Below are positions 32,144-41,323 of a DNA stretch of 64,000 nucleotides, piece by piece. Position 1 is the stretch's first letter; each line of letters begins with the position of its first letter. Position numbers and translations under genes: made by a program. This DNA comes from Opitutales bacterium. Its GTDB lineage: Bacteria; Verrucomicrobiota; Verrucomicrobiia; Opitutales; PNEW01. Below the pieces are notes generated by a model. That model saw only the letters and a list, made by a program, of their open reading frames with translations, did not search any database and was not told where the DNA came from. The DNA lies in the NCBI GenBank assembly GCA_965197745.1, contig CBDANS010000005.1:128001-192000 (forward strand), given 5' to 3'.

Positions 32144-32182
32144 TCTTGGAATAGTTAATATTGCCGAGGCTAATGCAGCCCC

Positions 32183-33100
32183 ATGAGTAATAAGACTCAG
32201 TCAACCGGCCATAAGCTTGAAAAGCTGGTAGAGGTGGGAGTCTATGACAGTTATAAGACGGCTAATGAGTACGCATTGGTAATATTATCCATGCGTCTAT
32301 CCTATTGGATGTTTCGCAAGGAGGAAAGTTATCATCTCTGTGTGGAGGAGAGACAGGTCCCGGAGGCTCTTAAACAGCTCAGAAAATATAAAAATGAAAA
32401 TCGCACGATTAAGCCTCATGCCCCGGTAGAGGGGGAAGAAAAATCTGACCTCCATGTTATAGCTGTATATATATTGATCCTCATAACTTTTTACCTGGGT
32501 CAGCAAAATGATCCCCAATGGGCTATGAGTAAAGCCGCTTTGGATGTGAACGCAGTAATGGAGAGGGGAGAGTGGTATCGAACAATAACGGCATTGACCC
32601 TTCATGCCGATATTGGTCATCTCGCTGCCAATCTTGCAGGAGGTATGTTTTTCGGTATTTTTGTGAACCGTATGCTGGGATCCGGCCTGGGATGGTTATT
32701 AATTATATTAAGTGGAATGTTGGGGAATGCCTTGAGCGTGTATATTTATTTTCCTTCCCCTCATCTTGCTATCGGTGCTTCAACCGCGATCTTCGGCGCG
32801 CTGGGAATCCTTGTCGGTTTATCTCTTATTACCGGGTTTCACCCTTTTAATGCACCCACCTTACGGAGGCGTATGATTCCTCTTGTGGGAGGCCTTGTCC
32901 TGCTCGCGCTGCTCGGCGCTGGGGGGATTAAAACAGATGTCCTGGCTCATGGCTGTGGCTTTATTGCTGGCATTGTGTTGGGTATGGGTGGGGCGCTGAT
33001 AAAGAAAAAAAGGCTTCAATCAAAAAGTTTTCAGCCCAGCCTGTTGATAGCCTCTTTATTAATTCTGGCACTGTCATGGACTAATGTGGTCTTTTCATGA
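32183..33100 (+). CDS. Rhomboid intramembrane serine protease
   Basis: GEWYR, HADIGHLAAN, GASTAIFG (Ser), AHGCG (His). Confidence 0.9.
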   Translation: MSNKTQSTGHKLEKLVEVGVYDSYKTANEYALVILSMRLSYWMFRKEESYHLCVEERQVPEALKQLRKYKNENRTIKPHAPVEGEEKSDLHVIAVYILILITFYLGQQNDPQWAMSKAALDVNAVMERGEWYRTITALTLHADIGHLAANLAGGMFFGIFVNRMLGSGLGWLLIILSGMLGNALSVYIYFPSPHLAIGASTAIFGALGILVGLSLITGFHPFNAPTLRRRMIPLVGGLVLLALLGAGGIKTDVLAHGCGFIAGIVLGMGGALIKKKRLQSKSFQPSLLIASLLILALSWTNVVFS

Positions 33101-33185
33101 TACTTTTAAGATCGAGCGCTTGCCAGAACACTTATCTTGAGCTTCTCATAGAATGAATATAAATCTTACTTAAAAATAATAAATT

Positions 33186-34112
33186 ATGAGTATTATTAAA
33201 GTTACCGTTGCCTCACTTCAATCGTTGCTCATTGACCCTCAAAAAAATCTTGAGCGGGTAATTAAGGCATGTCGCGCTGGCCATGAAGAGGGAACACGCA
33301 TGGTATTCCTCCCGGAGTTAATGCTTACGGGTCATGGAGGGCATCCGACGATGATGGAAAACGCCGAACCGATCCCGGACGGACCACTGTGTCAAGCCAT
33401 CCTGGAATTATCCAGGGAATTAAATATTTGTATCTGTGTGGGCATGGCTGAGAAAACGAGAAGTAATGTTTACAACAGTCAATTGGTTGTCGACCGAGGT
33501 GAATATCTGGGCTTGCAAAGGAAAATTTACCTTTCGATGGACGAATATAATTTTTTTGGCCCCGGTCAGAGCGTTGAGGTATTTGATATCGGAGAACTTA
33601 AATTCGGTATTACCATCTGCTATGACAATTGTTTTCCAGAAATGGCACTCATCCATGCCCTCAATAAGGTTGATCTCATTCTCGCCCCGCATGCCGGAAG
33701 ATCGGGCATATGGCCGAATAAGTTAACCCCGGAATTTTGCGCCGAGAAGATTCAGGTACAGCAGGATCTTTGGAGGAAACCACACAGGGCAAGAGCGGAT
33801 GACCATAACGTGTTTGTTCTCTGCAATAATGCGGTGGGCCCCTCAACAACCGGATTGAAGGACCTCGATTCCTATGAAAAGGATTATACGACGGGAGTGG
33901 ATCCTCGTAATGTTGTCGCGAACCACGCCGGGACGGTGATGGGGTTCGATCCCACCGGAGAAGTTTTTCTAAAGACCTCGGCAACTGAGTTTATCGACGA
34001 AATCGTCACCGTGGATATTGACCTGAACAAGCGTGTTAAAAACCACCAGACTTCACAGAACAGGCAGCCTAATTTGCTATTAAGACTGATCGAAGACAGC
34101 GTAATGAGATAA
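33186..34112 (+). CDS. Carbon-nitrogen hydrolase (nitrilase superfamily)
   Basis: Glu-Lys-Cys triad in FLPEL, QRKIYL, ICYD. Confidence 0.9.
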   Translation: MSIIKVTVASLQSLLIDPQKNLERVIKACRAGHEEGTRMVFLPELMLTGHGGHPTMMENAEPIPDGPLCQAILELSRELNICICVGMAEKTRSNVYNSQLVVDRGEYLGLQRKIYLSMDEYNFFGPGQSVEVFDIGELKFGITICYDNCFPEMALIHALNKVDLILAPHAGRSGIWPNKLTPEFCAEKIQVQQDLWRKPHRARADDHNVFVLCNNAVGPSTTGLKDLDSYEKDYTTGVDPRNVVANHAGTVMGFDPTGEVFLKTSATEFIDEIVTVDIDLNKRVKNHQTSQNRQPNLLLRLIEDSVMR

Positions 34113-34165
34113 ACGTTTTAAGACTTAAAGCGGATAGACCTGTTAGCCGCTTATAGAATCAATAA

Positions 34166-35590
34166 ATGGAGTCTGACAATTCAACGGAAAGTATTGACGC
34201 TTTGTGTGTAGAACCCTTCGGATTTAAAGGGATTATTGGTGTTGCTAGACGGGATATTACGCCTCCAATCGGGATTTATGCACGTCAATGGGGAGCGGCG
34301 TCGCATGACGTTGCAGAGGGGATTCATCGCCCTCTTTGTGTCACTGTTCTGTCAATAAGCGCCCGTATCGAAAATGCCCCGCTGGTCCTTATCGCCTTGG
34401 ATGCCGGCTGGTTTAGAGACACTGAAGACGAACTCTATATAAGGGAATCCGTTCTCGATGCAATGAATCTCGACCCTTCCAGGGTGATGCTCAATTTAAG
34501 TCATACCCATGCTGCGTGTTCAGTCAGTTCTTCAGATGCAAACAAACCAGGCGGACATTTAATAAAACCGTACCTGGAAAAAATACGCGAAGCAACGACG
34601 GAAGCTGCACTGGAAGCACATAACGATACCTGCCCAGCCAGTATCAGCTGGGTGATGGGTTCCTGCAAACTCGCGTCGAACCGCGATCTGCCGGATCCCA
34701 AACAAGATAAGAACAGAATTATCTGTGGATATAACCCTGAAAATGACGCGGACGATACGCTTCTTGTCGGCAGGGTTACGCGGGATTCAGATGATAAAAT
34801 TTTCGCGGTCATTTTTAATTATGCCTGCCATCCAACAACACTGGCGTGGGAAAATCGATTGATTTCCCCCGATTATGTTGGTGCGGCGCGAGAATTAATT
34901 GAGGCACAAACTGACGGTGCTCACAGCCTATTTCTTCAGGGAGCATCAGGTGAACTGGCCCCAAATCTACAGTATACGGGAGATACATCCGTTGCCGATC
35001 GCCACGGCAGACAATTGGGCTATTCCGTATTAAGTGCACTGGAGTCCATGTTACCTGCTGGCCAGAGGATGCGTTTCGGCGAAGCAGTAGAATCGGGAGC
35101 ACCGCTGGCTATTTGGAACACGGAAATGTATAGTATGCCCGATGATCTCGAAAGCTTTACCTTTTCAGTGGAACTTCCGGTAAAACCACAACCTGCAGTC
35201 GAAGAAATTGAAAAGGAATTGAAAAGCTGTGACGATCGAGTCATGGGTGAGCGTCTCAGGCGAAAAATTGCGCGCCTTAGAATCCTGGATGGGAAAAACA
35301 CGATTGAAACACCTGTTTTTGTCTGGCGTGTCGGTCAGGCGATTTTTATTGGACAAACCAATGAGTGTTATTCGAATTTCCAGATCGATTTGAGAAAAAG
35401 ATTCTCTCGTCATGCGGTTATAGTCATGAATCTGACTAATAGCACTGCTTTGAGTTATCTCTATCCCAGGGAAAAAGGAGAAGAGGATATCTATCAAGTG
35501 TGGGTAAGTCCATTCGGCCGTGAGGCATTGCCGATATTAACCCAGGCATGTATCGACCATCTGGCTGAAAAAATACCGAGCTCATCTTAA
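34166..35590 (+). CDS. Neutral/alkaline ceramidase-like hydrolase
   Basis: RDITPP, SHTHA, NYACHPT, ISPDYVG, FLQGASG. Confidence 0.75.
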   Translation: MESDNSTESIDALCVEPFGFKGIIGVARRDITPPIGIYARQWGAASHDVAEGIHRPLCVTVLSISARIENAPLVLIALDAGWFRDTEDELYIRESVLDAMNLDPSRVMLNLSHTHAACSVSSSDANKPGGHLIKPYLEKIREATTEAALEAHNDTCPASISWVMGSCKLASNRDLPDPKQDKNRIICGYNPENDADDTLLVGRVTRDSDDKIFAVIFNYACHPTTLAWENRLISPDYVGAARELIEAQTDGAHSLFLQGASGELAPNLQYTGDTSVADRHGRQLGYSVLSALESMLPAGQRMRFGEAVESGAPLAIWNTEMYSMPDDLESFTFSVELPVKPQPAVEEIEKELKSCDDRVMGERLRRKIARLRILDGKNTIETPVFVWRVGQAIFIGQTNECYSNFQIDLRKRFSRHAVIVMNLTNSTALSYLYPREKGEEDIYQVWVSPFGREALPILTQACIDHLAEKIPSSS

Positions 35591-35640
35591 TAGTTATTTA
35601 AGTGAGGAAAGGAAATATTATTCTAATCATCCTTGCTTTA

Positions 35641-35684
35641 ATACCGTTAGCTTGGATGCTTTATCCGATGCCTGCTAACGGTGT
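35641..35684. terminator. Stem-loop between convergent genes
   Basis: accgttagc/gctaacggt outer stem with a ggat/atcc inner stem. Confidence 0.5.
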
Positions 35685-35723
35685 CCCGTGTTTACCAGAA
35701 TAAACCGGTAATGCCGGATGTGA

Positions 35724-36719
35724 TCACGACCAGTTAATTATGACTCCGACCATATCAAGTTCGCCTTCATCCAGGCGTCGATAGGCTTCACCTATTTCGC
35801 TCCATGGAAAATGGTGGGTAATTATGGGAGCGAGCGAGAGCTTTCCCTTTTCGAAGAGTTTTAAATTTAAGATCATTGTATTATTATGATCCCATCGTTG
35901 TCCTTCAGGATCTGCGATGTAGGAAGAAACCAAAGATACATCTTTTCCGAGGTAGGGGTCATTAACGGGGCTGAAGTTCGGCATGTCAGTGTGACGGGCG
36001 ACGACCACGACTTTACCTCCTGGACGGGCAATTTCCATACTGGTTTGAATAGCAGGCCAGACTGACGCGGCTTCAATGACAAGATCGGCGCCTCTTCCAT
36101 CACAAAAATCAAGCACTTGCTGATTAAAATCTTTTTCATGGGGACTGATGGCAAGATCGGCTCCCAATTTTCGGGAAATCTCCAGACGTGATTCATGCTG
36201 GTCGATGGCTATACAGGGGTGGCCAAAAGCCTGGCATAAGGCAAGGGTGGATTGCCCGATAACGCCCTGACCAACGATAGCCACTGTTTCTCCGGGGGTG
36301 GGATTGCCTCGGCGTATTGCCGTCTGGGTGACGCGAAGCAGACTTAAAAACACGGCTTCCTCATCTTTGATACTCGATGGTAATTTAACCGCATCCTTCG
36401 CCAGATCTACCGCATATTCGCCATGGGGCTGAGCGACAAAGGCACGATCACCCACCGCGAAGTTATTCACTTTCGCTCCTGTTTCCACGACTTCGCCGAC
36501 CATTGAGTATCCATTAACGCAGGGTAGTTCATAGGGATAATTGGTATGCAAAAATTTCCCTTCTTTATCCACGGGAATTGCCCGATAGACGCGAATTTCA
36601 GTACCGGTGCTCACAGCGGTAATTTTTGCTTTAACGATAATGCCATCTTGCGGGCATTCCGGGGTGGGCACTTCCTGGAATTCCACCTGGCGGGGTCCTG
36701 TAACGAATAACTGTTTCAT
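35724..36719 (-). CDS. Medium-chain dehydrogenase/reductase (MDR) lacking canonical catalytic zinc ligands
   Basis: AVSTGTE and NGYSMVG replace the Cys and GHE motifs; Rossmann motif VGQGVIG. Confidence 0.85.
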   Translation of the reverse strand: MKQLFVTGPRQVEFQEVPTPECPQDGIIVKAKITAVSTGTEIRVYRAIPVDKEGKFLHTNYPYELPCVNGYSMVGEVVETGAKVNNFAVGDRAFVAQPHGEYAVDLAKDAVKLPSSIKDEEAVFLSLLRVTQTAIRRGNPTPGETVAIVGQGVIGQSTLALCQAFGHPCIAIDQHESRLEISRKLGADLAISPHEKDFNQQVLDFCDGRGADLVIEAASVWPAIQTSMEIARPGGKVVVVARHTDMPNFSPVNDPYLGKDVSLVSSYIADPEGQRWDHNNTMILNLKLFEKGKLSLAPIITHHFPWSEIGEAYRRLDEGELDMVGVIINWS

Positions 36720-36831
36720 TGTTTAATTCAAGAATATGCAAAGGTGCGTTCTAGTTGAGATAGAATTTAGATTAAGGAACCAACGTTTTATCATTCCAGG
36801 GTAAAGGAGGGGTATCGATTGAAGTATTGTG

Positions 36832-37659
36832 CTATTCCGTTTGCACCCAATGGCGATAGAGCGGTTTCACATTATCGGGTAAGTGATCGTAGGTTTCATG
36901 CGTAACTGCCGCCTGTTCTTTTTCCGTTAAATTATGTTCTTTAGCAATCAACGTCCGCTCTTTGGAATTTGGTTTAATTAAATCCAGGTTTAACCACCAG
37001 GGTGCAAATCTGACGGCGATGGCGACGCGTGCTTTATCAGTTCTGTTTACCGCTCTCGCATGCCATATCTGACTGTTTAAAATTAAGACGCTTCCAGCCG
37101 ACCCCGTTGCCTGCACCTCGTCGGGGTATGATTTCAATCGATTGTTATCTTCACCCTTTTGCGTGGGATTCGTGGGTAATTTATGGCTGCGCGGTCTGAT
37201 TAGCGTGCCACCGTTTGCATTGTTGAAGGGAGTGAAAAACCATAGAGTTGTGAGATGAAAAATGGCCTCCGTTGGATAGGGAGCTAAAATATGGCCTACA
37301 TTATTTGCATTAAATGGCCAATCTGAATGCCAGATACCCCGTACATTGTCCGATTCATTAACGATTGCCGTGGTGAAAGAGATGCGCACGTGTTTACCAA
37401 GGAGCGTTTCCACGACTGCCTTCAATCGAGGGTCAGCTAGGTAAGGAGTGAATGACTGGTAATGATTTATAAATCCTGGAGCCGAGGTGTGCCCCTTGGG
37501 GTTATCTTTAACACTGTTATTACGAGACAGTTCCAGAATTTCATCACCCATAATCAAAGCCTTATCTTCGGGTATGACCCCTTCTAACAGTCCCCAGCCA
37601 TCTTCACGTATCTGTTCTGCAATTTCCGTATTCGTCATTTCCACTGTAACAATCTTCAA
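36832..37659 (-). CDS. Phytanoyl-CoA dioxygenase (PhyH) family Fe/2OG enzyme
   Basis: WHSDWP (HxD), NGGT, AGSVL, WHARAVNRT..R. Confidence 0.9.
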   Translation of the reverse strand: MKIVTVEMTNTEIAEQIREDGWGLLEGVIPEDKALIMGDEILELSRNNSVKDNPKGHTSAPGFINHYQSFTPYLADPRLKAVVETLLGKHVRISFTTAIVNESDNVRGIWHSDWPFNANNVGHILAPYPTEAIFHLTTLWFFTPFNNANGGTLIRPRSHKLPTNPTQKGEDNNRLKSYPDEVQATGSAGSVLILNSQIWHARAVNRTDKARVAIAVRFAPWWLNLDLIKPNSKERTLIAKEHNLTEKEQAAVTHETYDHLPDNVKPLYRHWVQTE

Positions 37660-37783
37660 TTTTGAGTGATTGTAAATTATTGAATTTAAACCTGTTTCTG
37701 GTTGTTTTTAAAATGCAGAACGATTGTTATTAATACTCACAATATTTCAACGGAATATTTAAACGTTATAAAATAGATCAAAA

Positions 37784-40009
37784 ATGGATAGATATATGCT
37801 TAATATTGCGCTCATCTTCGGACTCACCGGATTGCTCAATGCACAACCGGAGACACTTGATAACTTTATTGATTTTGAGACCGCTGAAGGTTCAGGTGAT
37901 TTTATTCTCGGTGAATCGCCAAACACTGTCCGTTTTATCAATTTTAATTTACTATCGGTGGGGAATCCCAACCTCTATCATTCGGGCAGTAAAGCAGCGA
38001 TGCTGGCACCCGGGGCAGCTGAAGGTAAAATCATTTTTGAACGAGGGGTAAATTTTCTTCAGTTCTATGCAGCTGAGACAAATGGCGCCGGGCGTATCGA
38101 ACTCAGGGACAAAAACGCTTTTCAGATACAAGATAACGGTTTGGTAGAGGGTCTGCCGACGAATATCAGCCCGGGATCAAATCCTCTGCTGCAAAGTTTT
38201 GTTGCCTTTAGCGGGGATCCCAATGATCTTGCGGATCTTAATTTCACCAACGGTATTAAAGAAATCAAAATTCTAAATACCTCCGGTCAATTCGCCCTGG
38301 ATGATCTTGGTTTTACCTATGTCGAAGGTCCGCCGAACAACACTGTATTTGAAGATTTCGAAAATGTAGATACGGACCCAGCATTTTCTAACAAAGTAAA
38401 TTTTACTTTAGGACAATCTCCAGTAACAGCCAACTTTAGCGGCGGCATCGCTCGACCGATTGATACTAACCAGGGTTTTGTCGCCTTTAATCACACCCAC
38501 CCGATAAAACCTATCGTCATTGGAGCTAATGTGGATGGGGCAGGTGGCTGGGTTGTGACAAATGATGATGCGGGGACGATTACTTTTGAAACACCCGCAG
38601 CTCAAGTGCAGTTTTACGCCGCGGTCTTTATTTTGGGAGATGGTGAGATCAATGTCTTTGATACCGAGGACAATCTTTTAACTTCGACTACAGATATCCC
38701 CCAGAGCATTTCTATTACTTCTCCAGTCCCTTTTACCTATTTTGATTTCAATGCCGAGGCTTTAGGAGCACCCGGAGGAATAGGGAAAATAACTTATACC
38801 AATAGCGCGCAAATCACGATAAGTGGATCCTTTTTTGAAATTGTTCTTGATGATATAGGCTTTACACCGATAGGAGCTCCAAGTGATGGCGGAGGTGGAC
38901 CGAGTGCTCCCTTCATTACCACCCAAACGGCGAGCCAGGAAGTGCAGTCTGGTACCGCTGTTGTCTTATCCGTGGCGGCCAGCGGTGATGACCTTACCTA
39001 CCAGTGGTATACCGGCAACAGCGGTGACACCGCAACTCCGGTCGCCGGCGCCACCGGCAACACGCTTATTACCGGTGCGCTTACCACGAGCACGAACTAC
39101 TGGGTACAGGTAACAAACGCCGGTGGTACCGCTGACAGCGACACCGCGGCTATCACCGTAGCAGCACCTTCCATCCCCCTCGTTCTCGACGGCTCAGGCG
39201 ATATCGCCGGTGAAGACATTCAGCATGCCAACGGCAACGTCTTCGACCAGATACTACTCACCGGAGAGTCCGTCCAACTCCAGGCCAAATCGGGACAGAT
39301 CACCCGCGTTTCCTTCATGGACGAAAACGAAGACATTGTGCAGGTAGAGTTCTCAGGTAACGGTACCTTTACCGTATCCCTCGACCCGGCCACTTTTCTG
39401 CCTCCGGCCGTCCCCCCACGCTACAACCAGGCCGTCGAATATGTGACGGGCAAGCCGAGCGTGGTCATCGATGGAGCGGACTCCAGTACCTTCTTCAGCA
39501 TTTTTACGGTGGGAAGGATCAACGCCTTTAACCAGGCACTGTTCCCCGAAGGACAGGTCTATGATGCCCAGGCCGACGTGACGCTCGTGGAAGTAGTCAA
39601 CTCCACGGGACTGGGAGGGGTACAGTTATCGAATACCGTGTTCAGTGGAAGCACGGGCAAGGTCGGCTTCGATGCGCGTGGAGTACCGATCGCGGTACGC
39701 TTAACGGTAGGTGACATCGATGCCAGTGGCGATGCGGTACCCCACCTCCTGTTTGGAGATGGGTCCTTCACGGTACCGGCGGGCAACCCCGGGATGCGGA
39801 TCACCGGAGGAGACCTCTTGCAGACCAACGGCGCTGCGGTCGTCGTGGCGGAGAGTGGTTCGACAACGACTGGGTTTGAGACCCTGATCACCCAGAACAA
39901 CTTCAAGTCCGACAACACCCCTCAGCCGACACTGAGCATTGATGCCACCTTCGCCAACGAAGACGGGGATGTGATCGAGGTTACGACTGAAGAGTTGACG
40001 ATTGAATGA
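37784..40009 (+). CDS. Secreted multidomain surface protein: two tandem beta-rich repeats, one Ig-like domain and a ~280-aa C-terminal domain
   Basis: Signal peptide; repeats DFE..F.LG.SP.T..F...QFYAA...LDD.GFT twice; Ig PFITTQ...LTYQWY...YWVQVTN; acidic C-terminal domain. Confidence 0.8.
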   Translation: MDRYMLNIALIFGLTGLLNAQPETLDNFIDFETAEGSGDFILGESPNTVRFINFNLLSVGNPNLYHSGSKAAMLAPGAAEGKIIFERGVNFLQFYAAETNGAGRIELRDKNAFQIQDNGLVEGLPTNISPGSNPLLQSFVAFSGDPNDLADLNFTNGIKEIKILNTSGQFALDDLGFTYVEGPPNNTVFEDFENVDTDPAFSNKVNFTLGQSPVTANFSGGIARPIDTNQGFVAFNHTHPIKPIVIGANVDGAGGWVVTNDDAGTITFETPAAQVQFYAAVFILGDGEINVFDTEDNLLTSTTDIPQSISITSPVPFTYFDFNAEALGAPGGIGKITYTNSAQITISGSFFEIVLDDIGFTPIGAPSDGGGGPSAPFITTQTASQEVQSGTAVVLSVAASGDDLTYQWYTGNSGDTATPVAGATGNTLITGALTTSTNYWVQVTNAGGTADSDTAAITVAAPSIPLVLDGSGDIAGEDIQHANGNVFDQILLTGESVQLQAKSGQITRVSFMDENEDIVQVEFSGNGTFTVSLDPATFLPPAVPPRYNQAVEYVTGKPSVVIDGADSSTFFSIFTVGRINAFNQALFPEGQVYDAQADVTLVEVVNSTGLGGVQLSNTVFSGSTGKVGFDARGVPIAVRLTVGDIDASGDAVPHLLFGDGSFTVPAGNPGMRITGGDLLQTNGAAVVVAESGSTTTGFETLITQNNFKSDNTPQPTLSIDATFANEDGDVIEVTTEELTIE

Positions 40010-40035
40010 GGAGTGATCTATCGATCAGTTTTAGC

Positions 40036-40067
40036 CGCCGTCGTCCCGCGGGTGCGGGACTATGGCG
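40036..40067. repeat. REP-like palindromic repeat, copy 2
   Basis: cgccgtcgtcccgc-gggt-gcgggactatggcg. Confidence 0.7.
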
Positions 40068-40335
40068 TGCCATGGGTGTTAAGTTTTAAGTGTTAAGGTG
40101 GAACCGCGCGTTCCATCACTTTTGTCATTACGAACATCCCGACACCTCGATAGACGAAGCTATCGAGTGCAGCGACAGCAGGAAGACATCTACCATTCCG
40201 GGGAAATGTCTGTTGTCTACCCTGTGCAGGAGTATAAGAGGATTCGAGATTTGCTATCTATTGCTTTTACTACGATCACTCCTTGAGTTCTGATCGGTAT
40301 TGTGCTTATGCATAGGACCATCTTTTTTACGGTCT

Positions 40336-41238
40336 ATGCCCAAAGAGAATTTAAAAAGCATTGAGGTATTTTCACCTGCCAAGGTAAATTTACTCTTGGC
40401 GGTTACCTCAAAACGTTCGGATGATTACCATAATCTTATTTCCCTCGTAGCGCCGTTGCGCTATGGCGACACACTTTGGTTATCGCCGCACAATAAGGGT
40501 GAAACGGACCATTTGGAGTGTGATAATCCGTATCTCGATTGTGGGGAACAAAATCTTATCCTGCGCGCAGCGTCTGAATACCGGGTTCATAATCCCTTGC
40601 CCTGTGGTTTTAAAATAAAATTGGTAAAACGAATTCCTATAGGATCGGGATTAGGGGGTGGCAGCAGTAATGCGGTGGCAATGCTTAAAGGATTAAACAT
40701 GTTTGCGGAAAAACCGCTCAGTGAGAACAAATTGCTGGAAATATCAATTCGCTTAGGATCCGACTGCCCCCTCTTTCTTTATAATAAACCCCTGGTAATT
40801 CGCGGTCGCGGTGAAATTCTAGAAACATTGCCCACGGATATAACAACAAAAATGTCAGGTCTTCCCCTTCTCCTCTTTAGTCCTGATTACGGTATAAGTA
40901 CAGCATGGGCATATCGCCAATTTAGAGTAAAGGGTAATTCTTTATTTGCTTCAGAATCTGAAATCGAAACAAAGCTGAAAAATTGGGAAAAGAATAATGA
41001 TGATATATCCAGTATTCTTTTTAACAGCATGGAGAAAGTTGTCTTTGATAAATTTCTCGATTTACCCATTATTATAGATACCCTTCGAAAAGATTATAAA
41101 TTGGCGTGCCAGCTAAGTGGATCGGGGAGCGCTTGTTTTGCATTGTTACCCAACTCATATAATCGCGAAGCGATATATGATTCGATACACAGGGCGTGGG
41201 GCGAATCTGCGTTTATAGTTGAAAGCTCAATTATTTGA
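40336..41238 (+). CDS. ispE: 4-diphosphocytidyl-2-C-methyl-D-erythritol kinase
   Basis: PAKVNL, KRIPIGSGLGGGSSNA, LGSDCP, LSGSGSA. Start moved to the ATG at 40336. Confidence 0.95.
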   Translation: MPKENLKSIEVFSPAKVNLLLAVTSKRSDDYHNLISLVAPLRYGDTLWLSPHNKGETDHLECDNPYLDCGEQNLILRAASEYRVHNPLPCGFKIKLVKRIPIGSGLGGGSSNAVAMLKGLNMFAEKPLSENKLLEISIRLGSDCPLFLYNKPLVIRGRGEILETLPTDITTKMSGLPLLLFSPDYGISTAWAYRQFRVKGNSLFASESEIETKLKNWEKNNDDISSILFNSMEKVVFDKFLDLPIIIDTLRKDYKLACQLSGSGSACFALLPNSYNREAIYDSIHRAWGESAFIVESSII

Positions 41239-41323
41239 GTCTTAACTAACACGGCTGGTGGTAAAATAGTTTCATTGGGAACTATGTTATCAGTGATATT
41301 TTTAATTAATCTGTGTCCTGGGC

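Noticed and set aside
33935..33960. tRNA T-arm-like sequence ggggttcgatccc
   Set aside because: It lies inside the nitrilase CDS and has no cloverleaf around it.
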